From assembly GCA_002347655.1 (NCBI GenBank), contig DDWR01000020.1, positions 76,155 through 140,154 of the forward strand: 64,000 nucleotides of DNA. Direction: 5' to 3'. Within the stretch, counting starts at the first letter, position 1. Every line of letters starts with the position of its first letter. Made by a program: the position numbers and the translations under genes. Of this stretch, positions 44,492 to 52,238 are shown in pieces. A model generated the notes under the pieces. That model did not search any database. It had not been told where the DNA came from and worked only from the letters and a program-made list of their open reading frames with translations. The DNA is from Verrucomicrobia bacterium UBA2281. GTDB taxonomy: Bacteria; Verrucomicrobiota; Kiritimatiellia; CAIQIC01; Lenti-01.

Positions 44492-44899
44492 ATGTCCGAA
44501 AACAAGCGGCTGAAATACGAAAAACCGATGAGCATCGACTTGGGCCGGGTGGCGCCGATCTTGGGCGACACCTGCAGCGTCGGCAACGGCGCCGCGGATT
44601 GTCCCGCCGGCATGAACAACGCGACGGTGGCGGTGTGCGATCCTTCGGGGTCCGGCGCCGACAACGATTGCCGCACCGGATCGAACGCCGGTACGTTCTG
44701 CTGGCCGACCGGTTCCGGGGCCGTGGTGTATTGTTTGGCGGGTTCCGGGTTCGGGGCGAGTTCGCGGAGCATGCCCGAGCCGACTTCCTCCGGCTATGAT
44801 TCGCCCGACAGCGGCGGGAGCGACCCCTATTCTACGACGTTGCCCGGCAGCGAACCTTCCTCGCCGGACAGCGGTGGAGATCGCTCTTCGGGGCTGTAG
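44492..44899 (+). CDS. candidate RiPP precursor: small Cys-rich peptide with a leader-like N-terminus (KYEKPMSIDLG) and a Ser/Pro/Gly-rich C-terminal tail
   Basis: AAGGAG 7 nt upstream of ATG 44492. 135 aa with no Sec-type hydrophobic signal. Six Cys at about 10-12-residue spacing, each in a Gly/Ser-rich context (CSVGNGAADCPAGMNNATVAVCDPSGSGADNDCRTGSNAGTFCWPTGSGAVVYC). Tail is ..SSGYDSPDSGGSDPYSTTLPGSEPSSPDSGG.. Confidence 0.5.
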   Translation: MSENKRLKYEKPMSIDLGRVAPILGDTCSVGNGAADCPAGMNNATVAVCDPSGSGADNDCRTGSNAGTFCWPTGSGAVVYCLAGSGFGASSRSMPEPTSSGYDSPDSGGSDPYSTTLPGSEPSSPDSGGDRSSGL

Positions 44900-44954
44900 G
44901 CATTTGCGCCGGCGCGCGAGCGATGGGCGCTGGACCAGGATCGGGAGCGCGGCC

Positions 44955-45575
44955 ATGGATCCGAAACGGAATCCACCGGATGAGCCCCTCCGCCGTCGCC
45001 TGTCCCGAATCTCGGCCCCTTGCCGCGGCCACAGCATGCGCGGAACCTTGGCGGAAGGGGACGGCGTGCAGATCGCTTCCGTTCCCTATGATTTGCTCCG
45101 CCGGGGCGACGTGGTGGCCTACCGTTCCGGCGATCAGTTGGTCTTGCATCGGATCGTCGGTCGCCGGGGCGGGTATTGGCGTACGCAAGGCGACGGCAAC
45201 TGGCGGCAGGACGCCGCTCCGCTTGCGCCGGAACGGTTCATCGGAGTCGTGACCGCGCGCGAACGGAACGGTACGACGTCGGTCGTGACGGGCGGCGCCG
45301 CCGGCGCCCGGCGGGCGGCCGGGCTGCATGTCTGGGCCTTCGTGCGCTGGTCGGCATTGACGACGTTCGCGCCGCTGTATCGCCTGCTCCGCGCCAGCCG
45401 AGCGGTTGCGCTGGTCTGGCGACCCCGAATTTTGGCCGTGCGTTTCGCCGCGCCCGGGGGGGCGGTCACCAAGTTCGTCCATCGCGGGCGCTCCGTGGCC
45501 CAATGGGTTCCGCAGGCCGATCGCTGGACGTGCCGGAAGCCCTACGATCTGTTGCTGTCGCGGCCGGGCCGATGA
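44955..45575 (+). CDS. S24/S26-family serine peptidase (signal-peptidase-I-like; possible leader peptidase)
   Basis: ..CRGHSMRGTLAEGDGV.. (Ser nucleophile box), ..RRGDVVAY.., ..LHRIVGRRGG.., ..TQGDGNW.. No obvious N-terminal TM anchor. Start choice (ATG 44955) uncertain; the in-frame ORF opens at 44796. Confidence 0.5.
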   Translation: MDPKRNPPDEPLRRRLSRISAPCRGHSMRGTLAEGDGVQIASVPYDLLRRGDVVAYRSGDQLVLHRIVGRRGGYWRTQGDGNWRQDAAPLAPERFIGVVTARERNGTTSVVTGGAAGARRAAGLHVWAFVRWSALTTFAPLYRLLRASRAVALVWRPRILAVRFAAPGGAVTKFVHRGRSVAQWVPQADRWTCRKPYDLLLSRPGR

Positions 45576-46810
45576 GCCCGGCCCTTCCGCCCGCCGGGCC
45601 GTCCGGCGCTGAAATGAACCTGCTGTGCGCCTGCGCGAGTCCGGCCTATGCCGCGCAAACGGCGGAGTTCTTTGACCGCGGCGGCTCGGTTTCCTGGCCC
45701 CGGTTCGTGGCCTTGGCGACCAACCACCACTTGCTGCCGCTGGTCCACCGCGCGCTCAAAGCCGTTCCGGAACGCGTGCCGGCCCAGTGGTTGGCCCGGT
45801 TGCGGGAATCGCAGACCGCCATCGCGGCCCATAACCTCCGGGCGTGCGCCACGTTGCGGCGGCTGCAGAAACGGTTGGAAGCGGATGGAAACCGGCTGGT
45901 CCCCGTCAAGGGGCCGGCCTTGGCGCTGCTGGCCTTTGGCGACGTCGCGCTGCGCCAGTTCGAGGATCTGGATCTGATCGTGCGCCGGGCCGAGCTGCTG
46001 CGGGTCGTCGCCATCCTCGAACAGGAAGGTTTCCGTCTGCGGGAACTGGCCGCCGGCGTCGATCGCGCCCGCTATCTGGAAACGCTGCAAAACTGGTCGC
46101 TGGAAAAGCCGGGCTTTCCCCCGCTCGATCTCAAGCCGGTGCTCATTTCCCATGCGCTGTGCGGGCCGGCTTCCGCCGATTTCATGGCGGCCGCTTGCCG
46201 CCAAATTCCAAACGCCGCGTTTCCTGGCCTGTCGGCTCCCGGTCCGGCCGAGATGCTGCTGGCGGTCTGCCTCGATGGGGCCAACGAAATGTGGATCAAG
46301 CTTTCGGCGGTGGCCGACGTCGGGGCGTTGATCGCGAAGCATGCGGACGTGGACTGGGCGCGGTATTTGGCCGAAGCCAAACGCCTAGGGCACCGGCGCA
46401 GCCTGCTGGTCGGGGCGGCCCTTGCCGAAGACCTGCTGGGCGCGGTTCTGCCGGCGGCCTTTCGTGAAGGCCTTCGCAACGACCCGGCGGCCCGGCGATT
46501 GGCGGAGCAGGTGGCCGCCCGCCTGCGGTCCGCGGCGCCCCGGCAGAACCTTGCTTTTCGCCAGAGCGTGTTTGCGCTTCGGACGCGGGAACGGTTCCGC
46601 GATCGGTGGCGGTTCCTCCGGCGGCTGCTGTTCGTGCCGGGCGCCTATGAATTCACCCGTTGGCCTTGGCCGCGCGCGCTGCAGCCGCTGTATTCGCTGG
46701 TCCGGCCGCTTCGATTGGCCTGGACCGTCGCGGTGCGCGGGGGCCGGGCCGATCGATTGACGGTTTTGCCGGCGCATGCGAAATTGGCGCCCGGCGGAAG
46801 CAACCCATGA
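45572..46810 (+). CDS. nucleotidyltransferase-family protein (NTP_transf_5 / PF14907-like, the kind associated with lasso-peptide and HprK-related peptide-modification loci)
   Basis: ATGA overlap at 45572. ..LVPVKGPALALLAFGDVALRQFEDLDLIV.. (nucleotidyltransferase core). 412 aa. Confidence 0.55.
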   Translation: MSPALPPAGPSGAEMNLLCACASPAYAAQTAEFFDRGGSVSWPRFVALATNHHLLPLVHRALKAVPERVPAQWLARLRESQTAIAAHNLRACATLRRLQKRLEADGNRLVPVKGPALALLAFGDVALRQFEDLDLIVRRAELLRVVAILEQEGFRLRELAAGVDRARYLETLQNWSLEKPGFPPLDLKPVLISHALCGPASADFMAAACRQIPNAAFPGLSAPGPAEMLLAVCLDGANEMWIKLSAVADVGALIAKHADVDWARYLAEAKRLGHRRSLLVGAALAEDLLGAVLPAAFREGLRNDPAARRLAEQVAARLRSAAPRQNLAFRQSVFALRTRERFRDRWRFLRRLLFVPGAYEFTRWPWPRALQPLYSLVRPLRLAWTVAVRGGRADRLTVLPAHAKLAPGGSNP

Positions 46811-48606
46811 ATACGGCGAAGAAACGATGGCACCATCTGGCCCAGGCAACCGGACTGGTCTGGCGCAGCGCGCGCCCGTGGACGCTCTTGCAAGGAGGGG
46901 TGGTCGTGGCGCAGGGCTTGTTGCCCGTGGCCTCGCTCTATTTGATCCGCCAGGTCGTCGATGCCGTTGGCCGGTTTCTCGCCCAGGCGCCCGGCGACAA
47001 GGATCCCGGGCCGTTGCTGGCGTTGTTGCCGTGGGTGGGCGGGGTGGTGGTGGTCGGCTGGATCCTGCGGGCCGGTTCGGGGATCGTCGCCGAAGCGCAG
47101 GCCGAAGCCGTCGCCGACCACGTGCAGGGTGCCCTGCAGAAGAAATCCGCCGAAATCGATCTGGCCTACCACGAAACGGCGGCCTGGCACGACCAGATGC
47201 GCTTGGCGCAGTCCGAAGCCATGACGCGCCCCGTCGGCATCGTGCGCAATCTGACGCAACTGGGCAGCGGGGTGCTGGTTTTGGGATCGGTCGTCGGCGT
47301 TTTGGGGCTGTCGCAGGGATTCCTGCTGCCGGTGCTCTTGGCGGCAGCGCTGCCGGGCGCCGGGGCCCGGATCTGGAATTCGCGCCGTTGGCATGCCTGG
47401 CGGGTGGCGCATAGCCCGGCGGAACGGCAAGCCGGCTATCTGCACTTGCTGCTGACGTCGTTTCCGTTCGCGAAAGAGATCCGCCTGCTGGGAACCGCCG
47501 GCGAATGGCGTCGCCGGTTCGGCGCGGTCCGCGCCGAACTCCGCCGGAGCCGCCTGGCTTTCGGCCGCCGCCGCGCGGCCATCGAGATCGCCGCGGACGG
47601 GGTCTCGGCGGTCGCCATCTTGGGCGGTTTGGGACTGATCTATCTGCGGATTTCGGGGAATGCGATGACCTTGGGCGATCTGGCGATGCTGTACGGCGGG
47701 TTCCAGAAAGGCAAATCCGCCTTCGCGGGCGTGCTGGGCAGCCTGGCGGCGTTGTATGAGGACGCCTTGTTCATCGGCCACTTCTACGATTTCCTGAACT
47801 TGCCGCATCAGGTCCGTTCACCGGCCGAGCCAAAACCCGTGCCCCGCCGGATCGTGCAAGGTTTCCGGCTGGAGCACGTTTCGTTCCGGTATCCGGGGTG
47901 CGATCGCGATGCGCTGCAAGACGTCACGGCCGAGATCCGCGTGGGCGAACAAGTGGCGCTGGTGGGGGAAAACGGTTCGGGCAAAACGACGCTGGTGAAA
48001 CTGCTGTGCCGCCTGTACGACCCGACCGCGGGCCGGATCCTGCTGGACGGCGTGGATCTGCGCGAGTTCGCGCTGGAGGATTTGCGCACCGCGTTCAGCG
48101 TTCTGTTCCAGGATTTCGGCCGCTACCAGATGACGGCCGAGGAAAACGTGCGCTGGGGGGACGTCGCGGTGCCGGCGGGCGATCCGCGGATCGCGGAGGC
48201 CGTGCGCCGGGGCGGCGCCGAGGCGGTCGTCGCGCAGCTGCCCCAAGGCCTGCAAACCCAGCTGGGGCGTTTGTTCAAGGGCGGCCTGGAGCTCAGCGAG
48301 GGCCAATGGCAGCGGCTGGCCCTGGCCCGCGCATTCCTCCGCGCCGCGCCGATCCTGATGTTGGACGAACCGACCAGTTCCCTCGACGCCAAGGCGGAGC
48401 GGGAATTGCTGGCAACGGTGCTGGCCGGCAGCCAGGGCAAGACCACGGTCATCGTGAGCCATCGGCTCTCGACCGTCCAAGCGGCCAGCCGGATCCTGGT
48501 CTTGGCCGACGGGCGCCTGGCGGAGACCGGTACCCATGCGGAACTGTTGCGGGCCGGCGGGGCCTATCCGGCGCTGTTTGCCCTGCACGCGCCGGATTCG
48601 GCCTAG
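46807..48606 (+). CDS. ABC exporter, fused permease plus ATPase (type I exporter, RiPP/lipid-exporter-like)
   Basis: ATGA overlap at 46807. 6-TM N-terminal domain, Walker A (GENGSGKTT), signature (LSEGQWQRLALARA), Walker B (ILMLDEPTSSLD), H-loop (VIVSHRL). Confidence 0.8.
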   Translation: MNTAKKRWHHLAQATGLVWRSARPWTLLQGGVVVAQGLLPVASLYLIRQVVDAVGRFLAQAPGDKDPGPLLALLPWVGGVVVVGWILRAGSGIVAEAQAEAVADHVQGALQKKSAEIDLAYHETAAWHDQMRLAQSEAMTRPVGIVRNLTQLGSGVLVLGSVVGVLGLSQGFLLPVLLAAALPGAGARIWNSRRWHAWRVAHSPAERQAGYLHLLLTSFPFAKEIRLLGTAGEWRRRFGAVRAELRRSRLAFGRRRAAIEIAADGVSAVAILGGLGLIYLRISGNAMTLGDLAMLYGGFQKGKSAFAGVLGSLAALYEDALFIGHFYDFLNLPHQVRSPAEPKPVPRRIVQGFRLEHVSFRYPGCDRDALQDVTAEIRVGEQVALVGENGSGKTTLVKLLCRLYDPTAGRILLDGVDLREFALEDLRTAFSVLFQDFGRYQMTAEENVRWGDVAVPAGDPRIAEAVRRGGAEAVVAQLPQGLQTQLGRLFKGGLELSEGQWQRLALARAFLRAAPILMLDEPTSSLDAKAERELLATVLAGSQGKTTVIVSHRLSTVQAASRILVLADGRLAETGTHAELLRAGGAYPALFALHAPDSA

Positions 48607-48678
48607 TTGCCTGCACGTAATTCCATTTTAACAGGAGCATCGTTGACATTTAAGCCGGACAGATGTCAGATAACCCAT

Positions 48679-50010
48679 ATGCGCAATTGGATCCAGACCC
48701 TGCGCTTCCGGGGGGCGTTTTGTGCCGGTTGCTTGGCGGTTTCGGCCTGGGCCGGCCCAGGCAACGGCATCAACGTCGCGTCCTGGGTGTTGAGTCCTTA
48801 TTTGGAATTGAATCTGACCGACGATTCGAACGTCTACAAGGACGGCACGAACGTGATCTCCGACGTGTTCTTCGAGCCGGAGCTGGGCTTGCGCTTCAGC
48901 TCCTCCTCGGAAACCAATACCTTCCTGATCAAGGGCAACCTGTTTTTGTCGGACCGGACCTACGACACCGAAAGCAACCGCGATTTCATGACTTATGGGG
49001 ATCACTTGACCCTGCAACTGGGCAACGGCCGCAAATCCCTGCTCGAAGTGATCCAGAGCTACCGCTTTTTGGACGACAACGACCGGCATGCGTCGGACAT
49101 CGAATCGTCGCGCCTCTCCGGCGAGATGGTGGAAGACAGCAACGCGCTGGATCTGGAGCGCGAACTGCACCAGTTGGGCGGTCTCCTGTCGCGGCGCATG
49201 TCCGACAAGCTGCAGCTGGCGTTGTCCTATCGCTATTCCGGCGTCCATTATCCGAACGAAACCCACGACCGCCTGCGCCGCAAGCAGGAAGAATACGTGC
49301 CGGAAGGCCTGGATCTGGACGGGCACATCTGGCAGTTGGAGGGCGCGCTGGGGCTGACGGACAAGACCGACGCCCTGCTGACGCTGCGCCAAGGCTTGCA
49401 ATACCAGGAGAAAACGGACGATCCGGCCGAGCTGACGACGATCCGGCTGGGCTTGCAGACGCAAGGGGCCCAGAAGCTGGTCTATCACGTCGGCGCGGGA
49501 TTGGAATACTATGCCCGGCCCTCCCAGACGCGGTTCGCCGATGCGGACGTCGACGAAAACGACGTCCAGATCGACGAAGAAGGCGTGCAGAGCGACAACG
49601 ACCAGATCTACTTCAGTTTCAATGCCGCGGCGGATTGGTTCATCACGGAAAAGCTGACCTTCCGCATCGGCGGCTACAACGGCACGGAGTTCTCGTCGTT
49701 CTACTCGCGCAACGGCATGGAATACGTCAGCGCCTGGGCCGGCCTGGGGTACCGCTGGAAACCGAGCTGGATTTTCTCCATGCGCGGGATCTATCGCCAC
49801 GACGACTATCTGGATCCGGTCACGCACGAAGGGGTGACGAAGGACCGCAAAGACGTGCGCGTCGAAGGTCACGGGCGCATCGATTACATCGCGCCGGGCA
49901 ACTTCCTGCGGGTCTATTTCGAGGCGGTCTACGACGAGGTGGATTCCAACTTCGATTTCGTGGACTACGTCGATCGGCGCCTCATCCTGGGCGCCATCAT
50001 CCAGTACTAG
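48679..50010 (+). CDS. outer-membrane beta-barrel protein (putative porin/export channel)
   Basis: Signal-peptide-like N-terminus (MRNWIQTLRFRGAFCAGCLAVSAWA). Alternating amphipathic beta-strands. C-terminal aromatic residue (..LILGAIIQY), typical of OMP barrels. Confidence 0.5.
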   Translation: MRNWIQTLRFRGAFCAGCLAVSAWAGPGNGINVASWVLSPYLELNLTDDSNVYKDGTNVISDVFFEPELGLRFSSSSETNTFLIKGNLFLSDRTYDTESNRDFMTYGDHLTLQLGNGRKSLLEVIQSYRFLDDNDRHASDIESSRLSGEMVEDSNALDLERELHQLGGLLSRRMSDKLQLALSYRYSGVHYPNETHDRLRRKQEEYVPEGLDLDGHIWQLEGALGLTDKTDALLTLRQGLQYQEKTDDPAELTTIRLGLQTQGAQKLVYHVGAGLEYYARPSQTRFADADVDENDVQIDEEGVQSDNDQIYFSFNAAADWFITEKLTFRIGGYNGTEFSSFYSRNGMEYVSAWAGLGYRWKPSWIFSMRGIYRHDDYLDPVTHEGVTKDRKDVRVEGHGRIDYIAPGNFLRVYFEAVYDEVDSNFDFVDYVDRRLILGAIIQY

Positions 50011-50023
50011 GAGGGCGGGCGGC

Positions 50024-50584
50024 ATGAGCGCGAAATTCGTTAAATGGGTGGCGCTGGCGGTGTGCGCGGCGGGTCTGGATGCGCAGGCGGCGTTCGATCC
50101 GCCCACGCGGGCGGAACTCAAGGCCGCGGCCGAAGACCTCTCGAAAGTGGTCGAACTGCTGCAAGACGCCTCGATCGACCAGGCGGCGGAAGTCGCCCGG
50201 GACGTCGTGATCGAGATCGTCAAGTTGGGCCTCGATCAAGCCGAACGCGACAGCCGGGCATCGTCCCTCGTCGGCTATCTGTTCATGACCTTTCCGGAAA
50301 GCGACTGGACGGACCTGGCGATCGTGTTCGGCCGCATGGTGGCGGCCAGTCCGACGGCCAGCATGGATCCCTCGTTGTTGTCGGCGCTCCAGCGGGCGAT
50401 CATCGAAGTGTGCGGGGTGGGGGTCGCCAGCGAGTTCGGCAACGCCTACAATCTGGCCATGCTGACCGTGGCCGGTGCGCCCGGCGGCGGCAAGAACGTG
50501 CCGCCCCAGCCGCCGCCGCCGCCGGTGGCGTTGCCGTTGCGGCCGCCCATCGCCACCCCTTACGAAGCCCAGCGCCTGCGCTGA
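50024..50584 (+). CDS. hypothetical secreted protein with Pro-rich C-terminus
   Basis: Signal peptide (MSAKFVKWVALAVCAAGLDAQAA) and ..PPQPPPPPVALPLRPP.. I recognise no family. Confidence 0.4.
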   Translation: MSAKFVKWVALAVCAAGLDAQAAFDPPTRAELKAAAEDLSKVVELLQDASIDQAAEVARDVVIEIVKLGLDQAERDSRASSLVGYLFMTFPESDWTDLAIVFGRMVAASPTASMDPSLLSALQRAIIEVCGVGVASEFGNAYNLAMLTVAGAPGGGKNVPPQPPPPPVALPLRPPIATPYEAQRLR

Positions 50585-50663
50585 GGATCGGGGCCGGCTG
50601 GGCCGGGGGAGGGGGGCCGGAGGGGGCGTTGTGGACGGGCGGTGCCGTCTTCGGAGAGGGTGG

Positions 50664-50736
50664 TGGCGGGAACCGGGGTCGAACCGGTGACCTAAGGCTT
50701 ATGAGTCCTCCGCTCTGCCAACTGAGCTATCCCGCC
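50664..50736 (-). tRNA. tRNA-Met (anticodon CAU; elongator type, though tRNA-Ile2/lysidine cannot be excluded)
   Basis: The reverse complement reads GGCGGGATAGCTCAGTTGGCAGAGCGGAGGACTCATAAGCCTTTAGGTCACCGGTTCGACCCCGGTTCCCGCCA. Canonical D-loop (AGCTCAGTTGG), T-loop (GGTTCGA), 7-bp acceptor stem, CCA end. Confidence 0.8.
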
Positions 50737-50817
50737 AATTTCAAATCGCGCGGGGAATCTACGGAAAGGCGGGGGGCTTGTCAAACCCGATGATGGGCAA
50801 CCCGCCGCCAGCGCGCA

Positions 50818-52233
50818 TCAATTGATCGGAGCGGCCCGGGGGGCGTTGGGTTCGGCCAACTGGATGGAGGTGCCGTCCGCGCCGATGGCCTGCCATACGA
50901 TTTTTTCGCCGGCCGTCTGGGGGAACGAATCCTCGAATTCGTTGTTGGTGAGTTGCACGGCGATATTGTCGCTCAGGTCGAACGCCATGATTTCGGCGTC
51001 CCAATTGTCCACGTAGCTCATCCAGGTGATCAGGCCGTCGCGGATCTGGGGAGCCATGTCGTCCCACGTGTTGCTGGTCAGCTTGATGGCGCGGCGACCG
51101 TTGAAATAGTAGATTTCCAGATCGGTGTCGTCGTACCCTTGCCAGACCACTTTGTCGTTCCAGATGGCGGGGGCGGCGTTGTCCTGGGTGCCTTCGCTGA
51201 TCTTGCGGATGGCGCCGTCGACCAGATAGAAAATCTCGGCGTTGACGGTCGGATGGGCGACCCAGGCCACGCGACCGTTCCAGACGACGGGGGCGATGTC
51301 GTCGAACTGGTTGTTGGTGATCTGTTCGAGCTGGTCGAGGTCGAACCGGTAGCGGAAGATTTCGTAGTCGTTTCCGTCCCAGCCTTGGAAAACCAATTCG
51401 TTGCCGTGGATGTTGGGATTGAGGGCGTAGTAATAATTGGTGGTGATCTGGATGAGGTTGGTGGTGCCGGGGCGCCAGACCAGCATTTCATATCCATACG
51501 GCCAGCCGCGGGCGCATTGGAACGCGATGCCGGCGCTGGACATGGCGGGGGCGCAGAAATGGCGGGTGCCGGGCGTGATGCGTTCGATCCCGTTGCCGGG
51601 ACGATAGATGGCGATGTCGCCGGCCTTGCCGGAGCCCCGCCAGGTTTGGTACGGGGCGAATTCCTGCGTCTCGGCGGTTGCGGCCGTCGGGGCGGATTCA
51701 GGGGGCGGCCCGTTGGTGTCGGCCGCTTCCACGGCGGAGATCGGCGCCGGCAGGGGCGGATCGAACAGCGTCGGGTAGTCGGCCTCCATTTGCCGCATTT
51801 CCTCGGTCTTGGGGGGGAGGCTCAGCGTGAAGGGGTAGCCGCCGGCCGCCGATTCCTTGTACCAAGCGAGGAACAAGACGGCATCGCCGGAGGCAATGGG
51901 CTGCTGGCTGCGCCCGGCGATGTCGGGCTGGTCTTTGGTCACGTTGCGGACCTGTCCGTTTTGCCAGACGAAGATATCCGAGCGGCTGGTGTTCGGCGGG
52001 CTTCTCAGAACGTCGGGCCGGGTGGCCAAGGAAGATTCCCCTTCATGCAGGGAATAGCCTTGCCAGGCGATCAAGCCGGTTTCGCTGAGGGTCGGCGTGC
52101 GGACGTTGCTTTTCGGTTCGGAAAGCTGCTGGACGGTGAACTCGCGCGCGCCGGCGGCGGCGGCGAACAGCATCAGGCCCAGCCAGGCAACAGCGGTTGG
52201 GCGGCAAGCGGTGGACAGGCGGAGAAACGTCAT
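50818..52233 (-). CDS. secreted beta-propeller repeat protein (TolB/PD40-like repeats, putative)
   Basis: Start at the reverse-complemented ATG at 52233 (MTFLRLSTACRPTAVAWLGLMLFAAAAGA, signal peptide). About six repeats of the pattern ..W.G..I.W......D.EI.. (e.g. ITNNQFDDIAPVVWNGRVAWVAH, KLTSNTWDDMAPQIRDGLITWMSY). The track ORF extends further upstream in-frame (to 53493), but that extension is non-coding-looking. Confidence 0.45.
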   Translation of the reverse strand: MTFLRLSTACRPTAVAWLGLMLFAAAAGAREFTVQQLSEPKSNVRTPTLSETGLIAWQGYSLHEGESSLATRPDVLRSPPNTSRSDIFVWQNGQVRNVTKDQPDIAGRSQQPIASGDAVLFLAWYKESAAGGYPFTLSLPPKTEEMRQMEADYPTLFDPPLPAPISAVEAADTNGPPPESAPTAATAETQEFAPYQTWRGSGKAGDIAIYRPGNGIERITPGTRHFCAPAMSSAGIAFQCARGWPYGYEMLVWRPGTTNLIQITTNYYYALNPNIHGNELVFQGWDGNDYEIFRYRFDLDQLEQITNNQFDDIAPVVWNGRVAWVAHPTVNAEIFYLVDGAIRKISEGTQDNAAPAIWNDKVVWQGYDDTDLEIYYFNGRRAIKLTSNTWDDMAPQIRDGLITWMSYVDNWDAEIMAFDLSDNIAVQLTNNEFEDSFPQTAGEKIVWQAIGADGTSIQLAEPNAPRAAPIN

Positions 52234-52238
52234 GCAGG

